Assembly (NCBI GenBank): GCA_963789955.1
Contig: CAWBMV010000022.1
Location: forward strand, 64,001 to 128,000
Source: an uncultured Candidatus Rokubacteria bacterium
GTDB lineage: Bacteria; Methylomirabilota; Methylomirabilia; Rokubacteriales; CSP1-6
Direction: 5' to 3'
Length of the DNA stretch: 64,000 bases
Shown: piece after piece, positions 1-10,604 of the stretch
Numbering within the stretch: position 1 is the stretch's first letter
Layout: each line of letters starts with the position of its first letter
Made by a program: the position numbers and the translations under genes
Notes under the pieces: generated by a model
Database searches by the model: none
What the model was told of the DNA's origin: nothing
Seen by the model: the letters and a program-made list of their open reading frames with translations, nothing else

Positions 1-2286
1 CGTGCCCCGCGCGCCCATCGCGACACCGATATCGGCGGCGCGCAGCGCCGCGGCGTCGTTGATTCCGTCGCCGGTCATCGCCACCACGTGGCCGCCGGCC
101 TGCAGCGCACGCACGATCTGATGCTTGTGAGCCGGCGAGACGCGCGCGAAGACGTCGACTTCGGCGACCAGCTCGACCAGGGCCGCCGGATCCAGGCCGG
201 CGAGCTGCGAGGCCTCGATCACGCGCGGGATGCGCTGCCCGGTGGGATCGAAATCGCGATAGATCGCCGCCGCCGTCCGCGCCTGATCGCCCGTCAGGAT
301 GACCGGCCGGATTCCGGCGCGCTCACACGCCTGGATCGCCTCGCGCACGCCCGGCCGCACCGGATCGCTCAGCGCGACCAACCCGACCCAGGTGAGATCG
401 TCGTAGGTCGCTTCGGCGTTCGAGGAGATCTGCTTGAACGCGAACGCCAGCACGCGCATGCCGCCCGCGGCGATGCGCGCGTTGGCGGCCAGGATCTCGG
501 CCCTCGATTCGCGCGTGAGCGGCTGGACCGTCTCGCCGTCGAGCCACGAGCTCGAGAGCGCCAGGACTTCCTCCGGGGCGCCCTTGACCGTCACGAGCCG
601 CTCGATCGCGCTCTCCTTGTGAACGGTCGCCATCCAGTTGTCGCCGTTGCGGCGCGGACGAAGCTCCTGCAGCGGGTACTGGCGGCGCAGGGCTCGACAA
701 TCGATACCGAAGTCGAGCGCGGCGGTGAGGAGCGCGGCTTCCGTCGAGCTGCCGCTGATGTCGTCGGAATCCTCGGCGAGCTCGGCCTCGTTGCAGAGGA
801 CGCCGACCGCGAGCGCGCGCGCCAGGAGCTGGTCGAGCTCGCGCTCGCCCCGCGTGCCCCTCGGCGGCGCGAGATACTCGCGGCGACCGAGATGCCAGGC
901 GGTGACGGTCATGCGGTTTTCGGTGAGTGTGCCCGTCTTGTCGAGACAGATCACGGTCGTCGCGCCGAGGCTCTCGACCGCCGCCAGGCGGCGCACCAGC
1001 ATCCGCTGGCGCATCATGCGGTGCATGCCGAGCGCCAGGGTGGTGGTGGCCACCGCCGGAAGGCCCTCGGGCACGGCGGCGACGGCCAAGGACAAGGCCG
1101 ACCGCAGCATCTCGATCGCCGGGACGCCGCGCAAGAGCCCGAGGCCGAGCGCCAGACCGCAGAAGCCGAGCGAGGCGGCGACGAGCTGGCCGCCCATGTG
1201 GTCGAGCTGCCGCTCGAGCGGCGTCGTCACCGTCGTCGTCTCCGCCACGAGCGCCCGGACGCGACCGATCTCGGTCTCCCGGCCGGTGCCGACGACGACC
1301 GCGATCCCCGAGCCCTCCGCCACGACGGTGGCGGCGAAGACCATGTTGAGCCGGTCGGGCAGCGGCGCCTCGGCGCCGCAGATGAGCGCCGCGATCTTCG
1401 TCACCGGCATGCTCTCGCCGGTCAGGGTCGACTCATCGACGCCCAGGTGATCGGCCTCGACGATGCGCGCGTCGGCCGCGATCGTGTGACCGGTCTTGAG
1501 GAGCAGGATGTCGCCCGGCACCAGCTCGTGAGCCGAGACCATCATCTCGCGCCCGTCCCGGCGTACGAACGCCGACGGTAGGCCGCCGTTCTGGAGCGAG
1601 GCGAAGACCCGCTCGACACGGCGCTCGGTCACGTAGCCCACGGCACCGTTGGCGGCGATCACTGCGCCGATGATCACCGCGTCGACCACGATACCCATGC
1701 CCAGCGACAGCACGGCGGCGACGCCGAGCAAGAGCACGGGGAGCGAGGTGACGTGACCGGCGAGGATCTCGAGCGCGGTCTTCGGCGCCGGCGTGGGCAG
1801 GCTGTTGTCGCCGAGGGCCGCCAGCCGTCGCGCGACCTCTTCGGCGCCGAGTCCGACTTCTGGGTTCGCGCCGAGCTCTTGGACGATCGCCGCGGCCGAC
1901 CGCGTATGCCAGACGCTGTCGACGCGCGCGGCTACCCGGGAATCGCCGTTGCGAGCCTCGCCGGCGTGGCGCGCGACGGCGGCGATGAGGGACCGAAGGT
2001 CGATCTTCGCGGTATCGAACAGGACGAGGATGTTGCCGGTCGTCGAGCTGGCGTGAACCTGTCGGATGCCAGGCGCTTCGGCGATACGCGCCTGGAGACC
2101 GGCGGCACTCGCGGGCCGGCCGCGGATGCCCTCGACGCGCAGACGCGCGCGACCGCGAACGGCGACGAAGACGATCTTGACGGTGGCCGGAGCGGTCGGG
2201 CGCGCGGATCTAGCGGACGGCCGGCCTCGCTTTGCGGTCGAGAATGAAGCCTTGCGTCTCGAGGTAGCGGTCGACCTCCGCTTCAT
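1..2286 (-). CDS. P2-type (Ca2+-ATPase-like) cation-transporting P-type ATPase with N-terminal HMA2-like domain; runs off the window start
   Basis: Read manually on minus strand (missing from ORF track): AVAAVPEGLP, ICLDKTGTLT (~920-950), LTGES, MTGDGINDAAALRAADIGVAMG (16-80); N-term VRGRARLRV..GIRQVHASSTTGNILV. ATG 2286 is in frame; start uncertain. Confidence 0.9.
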   Translation of the reverse strand, partial: MKRRSTATSRRKASFSTAKRGRPSARSARPTAPATVKIVFVAVRGRARLRVEGIRGRPASAAGLQARIAEAPGIRQVHASSTTGNILVLFDTAKIDLRSLIAAVARHAGEARNGDSRVAARVDSVWHTRSAAAIVQELGANPEVGLGAEEVARRLAALGDNSLPTPAPKTALEILAGHVTSLPVLLLGVAAVLSLGMGIVVDAVIIGAVIAANGAVGYVTERRVERVFASLQNGGLPSAFVRRDGREMMVSAHELVPGDILLLKTGHTIAADARIVEADHLGVDESTLTGESMPVTKIAALICGAEAPLPDRLNMVFAATVVAEGSGIAVVVGTGRETEIGRVRALVAETTTVTTPLERQLDHMGGQLVAASLGFCGLALGLGLLRGVPAIEMLRSALSLAVAAVPEGLPAVATTTLALGMHRMMRQRMLVRRLAAVESLGATTVICLDKTGTLTENRMTVTAWHLGRREYLAPPRGTRGERELDQLLARALAVGVLCNEAELAEDSDDISGSSTEAALLTAALDFGIDCRALRRQYPLQELRPRRNGDNWMATVHKESAIERLVTVKGAPEEVLALSSSWLDGETVQPLTRESRAEILAANARIAAGGMRVLAFAFKQISSNAEATYDDLTWVGLVALSDPVRPGVREAIQACERAGIRPVILTGDQARTAAAIYRDFDPTGQRIPRVIEASQLAGLDPAALVELVAEVDVFARVSPAHKHQIVRALQAGGHVVAMTGDGINDAAALRAADIGVAMGARGT

Positions 2287-2359
2287 ACGAGCGATTCCGC
2301 GATGCCGCCGCCTCGAACAGCAAATCGGCGATCAGGCGCATCAGGAGTCGAGCGAGCAT
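2210..2359 (-). CDS. small hypothetical protein (49 aa)
   Basis: GGAGGGG SD upstream of GTG/ATG; MLARLLMRLIADLLFEAAA...; overlaps the proposed ATPase start in another frame. Confidence 0.35.
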   Translation of the reverse strand: MLARLLMRLIADLLFEAAASRNRSYEAEVDRYLETQGFILDRKARPAVR

Positions 2360-2460
2360 CACATCCCCTCCCAATCCATAGTCCGGGGGGTGTTCCCCAA
2401 TAACCACAGTATGAGACGAGTATGTCAGGTCGATGTCGCCCGGCATACATTCTAGTAACG

Positions 2461-4578
2461 TCACTCGGCCGGGGCAGAGGAGGCCGCGGCGCCGCGCGCC
2501 GCCGTCACGACGGCCGCCGCTACCGTCGTGCCGTGGCTCAAGAGGATGCTCGTGAGCGGTCGCGCCCAGCCGAACGACGCAAGCCCCACGACACCCAGAT
2601 TGGCACGCGCGGCGACCCCCAGAGTCTGACGCACCGCAACAATGCTTTCGCGCGCCAGATCGATGGCCCGTACCACCCGGTCGAGCCCGCCCGAGAGCAG
2701 GACGATGTCGGCGGCTTCGGCGGCGACCGCGGCGCCGCCGGGCACCGCCATCCCGACGTCGGCGGCCTGCAAGCCCAGCGCGTCGTTGACGCCGTCGCCG
2801 ACCATCGCGACGACGCGACCCTCGGCCTTGAGCTCGCGCACCAGACGTGCCTTGTCCTCGGGCAAGAGCTCCGCGTAGTAGTGTCTGAGCCCGAGCGACT
2901 CAGCGATCACCCGGGTCGGCTCGGGGTGGTCGCCGGACAGCATGATGACGTTGCGCATCTTGCGGGCTCGGAGGGCGCGCACCGCCTCCGGCGCGTCGTC
3001 GCGCAGCTGATCTTGGAGCTCGAGCATTCCGGCCAGACGATCGTCGATCGCCACGAAGATCGGCGAGGCGCCGACCGCGTGCGCCGCGGTCTCGTCCTCC
3101 CGGCCGCGCTCGAGCCGGATGCGCTGCTGCTCCATGAACCGCCGACTGCCGATGAGCACGCGGCGGCTTTCGACACGAACGTCGATGCCGAGCCCGAGAG
3201 CGGACTCGATGGTGGTGGCCGGCGGCACGACGATTCGGCGGTCGCGCGCGAGCCGGCCGACCGCTCGGGCCACCGGGTGTGTGAACCTCTGCTCCGCGGC
3301 CGCGCTCAGGCGGATCAGCTCGGCCTCGTCGAGTGCGCGCTCGTAGGAGACGATGCGAGTCACATGGAGTGTCCCGGACGTCAAGGTGCCGGTCTTGTCG
3401 AACACGATCGTGTCGACGCGTGCGAGGCGCTCGAGTGCCCGCGGCCCCTTGACGAGGATGCCTTCGCCCGCCGCTCGCCGGAGCGAGGTCAGGATGGCGG
3501 TCGGGATTCCCACGCGCGCCGCGGTGCCGTAGTCGGCGACGAGGATCGCCAGCGCGGCGTCGAAGCTTCGCGAGAACGCGCCGCCAAGACCGGCCAGCGC
3601 GAGGGTGCGCCAGACTTCGCGATCGGCCAGCCGCTCGGCGAAGAGCTGGATGTCCGGCTTCTCCCCGGCGGCGACCTCGATGGCGCGCACGATCCGGCCC
3701 ACCGCCGTGTGGGGCCCGAGCTGCTCGGCGCGGATCTCGATCTCGCCCTGCTCGACCGTGGTGGCCGCGAAGACGCGGTCGTCCGCGAGGCATTCGACCG
3801 GCAGCGCTTCGCCGGTCATCGACTGCTGATTCACCATCGCCTCGCCGCGGACGATCGTGCCGTCGACCGGGATTCGCTGACCCGTCGTGACGACCACGAT
3901 GTCTCCCGCCTCGAGCGTGCCGACGTCGACCGATTCGCGGTGGTCGCCGGTCCGCCGCGTCACGACCCGCTCGGGCATCCCGACGACGTCGCTGAGCGAT
4001 GTCCGTGCTTTCACGATGCTGCGCGCCACGACGAGCTCGCCCACGGCGCGCACCCACGTCAGGAGCGCGGCGGACGTGAGGTTTCGCCGCGCGATCAGGA
4101 GCCCGAGCGTCGAGGCCTCGAGCACGTCTCCGTTCAGCCGCCGGCGAGTGGCGAGCGTGGCGCCGGCTCGGAGAAACGCCGGTGCAGCCGACGCCAGCAG
4201 GAGGCCGGCGGTGACGGCCTGCGGCACCGGCAGGCAGCACGCGGTGACGAGCAGCGAGGTCGCGCCGATCACCTTCAGCACCGGCGCCGACGGGAGTGTC
4301 TGACGCTGTCGCCGAGGGGCGTGCGCCAGGATCGATTTCGACGGCGCGGCCAGCTCCGCCATCATGCGGTCGAGCCGGTGGATGATCGCGTCGGCGGCGA
4401 GGCTGTAGGGATCGTAGTCGATGCGCAGGCTGCCGGTCAGCGGGCGACCCTGCACCGCTCGAACACCTGGCAACGTCTTCAGCTCGGACTCGATCACCGA
4501 GTAGCGCGGCTGCAGCCACTGCGCCGGGTAGCGGACGCGGAGACGCCCGCGGACCGAATGGACGATCGTGCGGTGCAT
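2461..4578 (-). CDS. heavy-metal P1B-type ATPase, FezB/FezH-like, atypical TM motif DYGTA
   Basis: MTGEA, DKTGTLT, HP, GDGVND motifs; N-term HSVRGRLRVR; ILVADYGTAARVGIP in place of CPC. Confidence 0.92.
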   Translation of the reverse strand: MHRTIVHSVRGRLRVRYPAQWLQPRYSVIESELKTLPGVRAVQGRPLTGSLRIDYDPYSLAADAIIHRLDRMMAELAAPSKSILAHAPRRQRQTLPSAPVLKVIGATSLLVTACCLPVPQAVTAGLLLASAAPAFLRAGATLATRRRLNGDVLEASTLGLLIARRNLTSAALLTWVRAVGELVVARSIVKARTSLSDVVGMPERVVTRRTGDHRESVDVGTLEAGDIVVVTTGQRIPVDGTIVRGEAMVNQQSMTGEALPVECLADDRVFAATTVEQGEIEIRAEQLGPHTAVGRIVRAIEVAAGEKPDIQLFAERLADREVWRTLALAGLGGAFSRSFDAALAILVADYGTAARVGIPTAILTSLRRAAGEGILVKGPRALERLARVDTIVFDKTGTLTSGTLHVTRIVSYERALDEAELIRLSAAAEQRFTHPVARAVGRLARDRRIVVPPATTIESALGLGIDVRVESRRVLIGSRRFMEQQRIRLERGREDETAAHAVGASPIFVAIDDRLAGMLELQDQLRDDAPEAVRALRARKMRNVIMLSGDHPEPTRVIAESLGLRHYYAELLPEDKARLVRELKAEGRVVAMVGDGVNDALGLQAADVGMAVPGGAAVAAEAADIVLLSGGLDRVVRAIDLARESIVAVRQTLGVAARANLGVVGLASFGWARPLTSILLSHGTTVAAAVVTAARGAAASSAPAE

Positions 4579-4585
4579 GAGCCGG

Positions 4586-5116
4586 CTATCGCCCGGGAGG
4601 CGGAGCGGTGTAGTCGCGGAAGAGCCCGTGGGCGTACCAGAGCGCCGACGTCCACGAGAGCGATGTGACCGGGCCGCGCAGGAGCTGCCGGCCCGCCCAG
4701 AGGACCAGGCCGACGGAGACCAGCATCCCGAGATCGAGCCGTCTGCGTGTGCGCTGCGTGACGCGCTCGTTCAGGCTGCTGAACGTGCCGACGATCGCCG
4801 TGGCTACCGGGGACTGGCCTTCTTCGGCGCGGGAATCGGCGCTGGGCGCCGGCGGGTCCACATCGGCGTGCTCGGCCACCGCTCGCACGATCTCGGCCGG
4901 CGTGAGCACGCCGGCCTCGTAGCAAATCAGGAGGCTTCTCGTGCGCGGCGACCAGACGGAGCTCTGCGCTCCGTGCAATCCGTCGATCACCCCCTGAAGG
5001 CCGGTGGTGCTCGCGCCTGGCGGCAATCGCAGCCGCAGGCGCCCGGGGATGTCGTGGACGATGCGAATCGCGCGAGGGGCGTCCGCCCACTCGTCCAGGC
5101 GCGTTACCGCCGACAT
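4586..5116 (-). CDS. HMA2-domain membrane protein (FezC-like)
   Basis: IVHDIPGRLRLR N-term motif, C-term hydrophobic segment and WTSALWYA; ATG 5116 directly after upstream stop. Confidence 0.75.
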   Translation of the reverse strand: MSAVTRLDEWADAPRAIRIVHDIPGRLRLRLPPGASTTGLQGVIDGLHGAQSSVWSPRTRSLLICYEAGVLTPAEIVRAVAEHADVDPPAPSADSRAEEGQSPVATAIVGTFSSLNERVTQRTRRRLDLGMLVSVGLVLWAGRQLLRGPVTSLSWTSALWYAHGLFRDYTAPPPGR

Positions 5117-5117
5117 C

Positions 5118-5444
5118 TCAGGAGACGCGACGCCGGCCGCCGTTGCCCCGCCGCCGCGTCCCGACCCGCTCGGCCTCGTCGCCGACACTCGCGACTTCGT
5201 CCGCGGCCTCGACGTGATGGCCGTTGCCCCCGGCGAGCAGCTGCTCCTCGCGTCGCGCCCGGGCTTCAGCGACGATGTCCTCGAACGTTTCCATCTGTTC
5301 GGCGGCGAGACGGCGCCCCTCCTCGATCACCCCCATGCCCGCGACCGCGGCCTCGACGGCCAGCGGGCGGAGGACCCGGGTGAAGAGCGGAACGACGAGC
5401 GCGGCGCCAAGCCCGAGAAGAAAGGACGTCGGATGGATTTGCAT
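5118..5444 (-). CDS. DUF5132-like small membrane protein
   Basis: FLLGLGAALVVP..LRPLA...AAEQMETFEDIVAEARA pattern; AGGAGG SD. Confidence 0.75.
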   Translation of the reverse strand: MQIHPTSFLLGLGAALVVPLFTRVLRPLAVEAAVAGMGVIEEGRRLAAEQMETFEDIVAEARARREEQLLAGGNGHHVEAADEVASVGDEAERVGTRRRGNGGRRRVS

Positions 5445-5507
5445 CGGGGCCCTCCTGATCTGGCGTGGAGGCTACCAGCCGGGCTACCGTGTAATTGCTA
5501 CGTTTGT

Positions 5508-5525
5508 GTTACGCCCTTGCGTAAC
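5508..5525. promoter_or_regulatory. perfect 7-4-7 inverted repeat, candidate operator in divergent promoter region
   Basis: GTTACGC-CCTT-GCGTAAC between divergent genes. Confidence 0.35.
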
Positions 5526-5637
5526 TCGTTTCGCGGTGTGAAAAACGTCATGCCGCGTGCCGAGCGAGCGTTTGACGGGCCCGCGCCGAGCTTCCACAAT
5601 GTCACTATCTCACGAGGTGCTAGAGGGGGGTTCACCG

Positions 5638-6129
5638 ATGCCAAGACGAGCCACGAGTCGCACGCGTATAGCACCCACGTCGGTTCCCGCCACCAGGATT
5701 GTCGACGACGCCCGCATACCTGAAGCCCTGCGCACGACGTTCCGGGGCGCGGAAGCGCTCTCGACCGGCCTGGTTCACGCCCTGACCGAGACGGTCGTCA
5801 GCGCGGTTCGAGGCGCCCAGGAAGTCGGCGCCGAGCTTGGAACGACCGCGGTCAGCGCCGTTCGCGGATCGATTCGCGCCGCCGAGGAGATCGGCGGCGA
5901 TCTCGGACGACTCGCGATGAGCGCGACCAGCGGGGCCGTCGGCGCCGGCCGGGAAGTCGGCGGCGAGGTCGGCCGAGCGGCCGCCGGCGCGGCACAGAGC
6001 GCGGCCAGCGCCGTCCAGCGAGCCGGCTCGGGCGCCGCTCGGATGATCGGGTTCTCGGCCCGGCGTCCGCTGCAGAAGGTCGAGCGCCCGCGGCGTCGCC
6101 GCCGGGCGCGTCGCGTCTCAGCGGCGTGA
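5638..6129 (+). CDS. Ala/Gly-rich hypothetical protein with ~22-aa amphipathic repeats
   Basis: GAGGGGGG SD; repeats VVSAVRGAQEVGAELGTT / AVSAVRGSIRAAEEIGGDLGRL / AMSATSGAVGAGREVGGEVGRA. Confidence 0.7.
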   Translation: MPRRATSRTRIAPTSVPATRIVDDARIPEALRTTFRGAEALSTGLVHALTETVVSAVRGAQEVGAELGTTAVSAVRGSIRAAEEIGGDLGRLAMSATSGAVGAGREVGGEVGRAAAGAAQSAASAVQRAGSGAARMIGFSARRPLQKVERPRRRRRARRVSAA

Positions 6130-6137
6130 GCTGAGCG

Positions 6138-7544
6138 CTACGCCATCGCGGCCAGGCGCGCCAGCAGCGCCCGCAGGGCGGGATCGTCCGCGCCCTTGGG
6201 TTTGATGCGCGCGAACTCGTCGCGCTCCTTCTTTCGCCAGAGGGGCGGCTTGGTGGCATCGATCGCCATCTTGCCGCCCACGCGCATCACCGTCACCTCG
6301 GAGCGGTCGACGTTCGGCGCCGAGATGTCGAGCGGATGGATGCGCTCGTGCGGGATCATGATGACGTCCCGCTCGGGGTTCACGCGCGTCGAGATCGCCC
6401 AGAAGAGCTCGCGCGGGTCGTAGATGTTCACGTCCTCGTCGACCGCGATCGCGATCTTCGGGTGCAGATACGGGCTCGACAGCACGCCGAGCAGCACGTC
6501 GCGCGCCTGACCGTCCCAGCGCGGCGTCATCTGCACGAACACGGTGAACATCGTGACCCACGGCGGAATGTAGACGTCGTGGATCTCGCTGCGGCCGTGG
6601 ATCTCGCTGAGCCGCCGGTAGAGGCTCGCCTCCATCGGCACCGAGACCAGCGGCTGGTGGTCGGTGAAGACGGTCGCCTGCATGTGGCGATAGATCGCGT
6701 CGCGGCGCCGCGTGATGCCGGTGACCTCGAAGACCGGCGCCGGCCCCTCGGCGCCCTTGCTGTAGCCGGTGAATTCGCCGAACGGCCCTTCGGGCTCGCG
6801 CACGCCCGGCGGCACGACGCCCTCGATCACGATCTCGGCCTGCGCGGGGACTTCCAGGTCGATCGTCTCGCACTTCACGAGCTCGACCGTCTCGCCGAGC
6901 ACGCCCGCGCCCATCTCGAGCTCGTCGTAGCCCTCGTGCCGGCCGCTGAAGTTGGCGAGGATCTCGTAGCCGGGATGCAGGCCGATCGCGAACGCCATCG
7001 GCGCCGGCAGGCCGCGCTCCTGGTATCTCATGAGGTGCGCCCAGTTGTGGCGCGCGGCCATCCAGAAGCCCATCTTGCGCGGCCCGCGAACGAGCGCCCG
7101 GATGATCGCCTCGTTGCGGACGCCCGTTTCGGGATCGCGGGTGATCGTGACGCCGGAGCCGAGGTAGCGGCCCGCGTCGCCCTCGGAGTGGATCGGGATC
7201 GGGAGCTTGGTGATGTCGGCGTCGGCGCCGAGGAGCTTCACTTCCTTGCACGGTCCGTCGGGCACGAGCTTCGAGCCGCCGGGTACGCGCGTGAACATGC
7301 GGTCGGAGAGCTCGCGCACGACGTGCTTGGGCGTGGTGCCGAGGGCCTTGGCCTGGCGCGCACGGTCCTTCACGAGGATGTCGCAGAGCGACCAGCCCCG
7401 GAAGCCCTTGAGCCGGCTCAGCATGATCGGCCGGGGTGCCGCCGAGCAGAGCGCGCCGGCCTGGGTGATCGGGTCGATCTCGTCGTCGACACGGATCAGG
7501 TCGTCGCCGAGGGATGCGAGGAAGTCTCTCAAGTTCAGCGCCAT
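6138..7544 (-). CDS. UbiD-family (prFMN-dependent) decarboxylase
   Basis: EIVIEG..EPEGPFGEFTGY, VDEDVNIYD..WAISTR, KMAIDATKP; GAGGAGG SD before ATG 7544. Confidence 0.92.
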   Translation of the reverse strand: MALNLRDFLASLGDDLIRVDDEIDPITQAGALCSAAPRPIMLSRLKGFRGWSLCDILVKDRARQAKALGTTPKHVVRELSDRMFTRVPGGSKLVPDGPCKEVKLLGADADITKLPIPIHSEGDAGRYLGSGVTITRDPETGVRNEAIIRALVRGPRKMGFWMAARHNWAHLMRYQERGLPAPMAFAIGLHPGYEILANFSGRHEGYDELEMGAGVLGETVELVKCETIDLEVPAQAEIVIEGVVPPGVREPEGPFGEFTGYSKGAEGPAPVFEVTGITRRRDAIYRHMQATVFTDHQPLVSVPMEASLYRRLSEIHGRSEIHDVYIPPWVTMFTVFVQMTPRWDGQARDVLLGVLSSPYLHPKIAIAVDEDVNIYDPRELFWAISTRVNPERDVIMIPHERIHPLDISAPNVDRSEVTVMRVGGKMAIDATKPPLWRKKERDEFARIKPKGADDPALRALLARLAAMA

Positions 7545-7628
7545 GGTCGCCTCCTCTGACTTCAGGTGCCTTGTAACACGCCACATCGCGAAGTCAATCC
7601 GGCCCGCCGGAAGTGATATCGTCAGTCG

Positions 7629-8926
<1,298 letters not shown>

Positions 8927-9103
8927 TCTGGAGATGTCTCGACAGGTTGTAGAATTCTCCGCACGCGACCCGGCGCGTCGTCGACAAGCCGACGCTCTCC
9001 GCCAAGCGCGCTCGAGCGCCACGATCCTTGTCATTTCAGCAGCTTGCGGAGCGAACAGTCGACGGGCGCGCTTGCGATCGCGAAAGACCTGAGAAAGGCC
9101 GCG

Positions 9104-9345
9104 ATGAGCCAGCGTGCAGTCGAGCAGGCGCTGGGGCAGATGGTGACCGACGAAGCATTTCGCCGTGAATTCTTCCGCGATCCGGAGCGCGCGAGCCTGG
9201 CAGGCCGGTCTCGATCTCTCGCCCGCCGAGGTAGAGCGCCCTCCAGCGCGTGCCTCGCGCGATGCTGGCGCAGCTCGGCGCGAGCCTCGAGGGCCGCATC
9301 TGCCGGCTCGCGATGCCGGAAGAGACGCAGGAGGCGCACTCGTGA
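9104..9345 (+). CDS. Os1348-family/NHLP-clan small protein, frameshifted
   Basis: MSQRAVEQALGQMVTDEAFRREFFRDP...GLDLSPAEV...LEGRICRL; stop overlaps next ATG (TGATG). Confidence 0.65.
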
Positions 9346-10557
9346 TGATGCGGACGACTCGCAGACACTGGACTCGGCGCGCCGGCGCCGGGCTGACGCT
9401 CACTCGCGGCGTGGCCGCTGGCCGCGTGCACGAGCTACCGAAGCCGATAGCCGCACGACGGCGCCCCGCGTCCGCTGGCGATCGTGATCGAGATCGGTCG
9501 CGGCCGAAGCGCGTGCGCTTCCGCGCGCGCTCGAGGTGACCGGCACCTTGAACGCCGACGCCGAGACCGACGTCGCGGCCGAGACGTCAGGCCCGTGTGC
9601 TGCGTGTCGACGCCGAGCGAGGTCAGGTGGTCGATGCGGGCGCGGTGCTCGGCGAAGCTCGACGAGCGAAGATGCGCCGCAATCAGCTGGCCGAAGCCGA
9701 GGCGGTCGAGGCGCAGACGACGGCGAAGCTGGGTCTGGCGCCCGGTCAGCCGTTCGACGCGCTCGTGACGCCCGAGGTGCGCCAGGCGCGCGTGATGCTC
9801 GAGCGCATGGAGCTCGAGTACCAGCGCTACGAGCGACTCGCGCAAAGACGATCTCGTCTCGCATTCGGACCACGATCTGCAGCGCGCCGATTATCTGGCG
9901 CAGAAGGAGCAGTTCAACGCCGAGGTCAACGAGCGCGCGCCAGATCTACCAGACGCTGCTGGCGCAGCGGGCCCGGGTCGCGATGGCGCGCAAGGCCGTG
10001 GCCGACACCGCGGTCCGCGCGCCGTACGCGGCGGTTGGTCGCCGAGACGTCACGTGCACGTCGGCCAGTACGTGCAGCGCGGGACGAAGATCGCCACGCT
10101 CGTGCGCGTCGATCCGCTGCGCGTCGAGCTGGCGGTGCCGGAGGCCGCCGTGCCGTCGGTGCGGCGGGGCCAGAAGGTCGCCTTCGCCGTGCAGACCTAT
10201 CCCGGCCGGACCTTCGAGGGAACCATCGCCTACGTCGGGCCCGCGCTCAAGGCCGAGTCGCGCGCGCTCGTGGTCGAGGCGCTCGTGCCGAACGCGGCGC
10301 GGAGCTGCAGCCCGGCCTCTTCGCCACCGCGCGAATCGAGCTGCCGGCCGGCGCTCCGACGCCGTTCGTGCCGGTGTCGGCCGTGCGGACCGAGAGCCGG
10401 GTCTCGCAGGCTGTTCGTGATCAAGAACGAGCGCGCCGAGCTGCGACTCGTGCAGCTCGGGCAGCGGACGGGTCAAGCGCGGCAGTTCGAGATCGTCGCG
10501 CGGCCTCGTCAGCGGCCGGCGAGGGCGTGGCCGTGCGCGGCGGCCCGCCAGCGCTGA
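9345..10557 (+). CDS. RND efflux periplasmic adaptor (MFP), multiply frameshifted
   Basis: LEVTGTLNAD.ETDVAAETSG, VRAPY, VGQYVQRGTKIATLVRVDPLRVELAVPE, LQPGLFATARI. Confidence 0.8.
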
Positions 10558-10604
10558 GCGGACGGCAGTCGCCGTGTGCGGGGCCCGAGAGGGAGGCGCT
10601 AGCG

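Noticed and set aside
88..4668. Long plus-strand ORFs (88-1581, 2422-4668) and many similar Arg/Ala-rich ORFs elsewhere (e.g. 17255-18919, 58701-60794)
   Set aside because: Antisense or alternate-frame shadows of real genes in high-GC DNA, with no family motifs
9055..9080. Possible sigma54 promoter ending CTTGC upstream of the NHLP-like gene
   Set aside because: GG-N10-GC spacing is not met as sequenced, and the region is too error-prone
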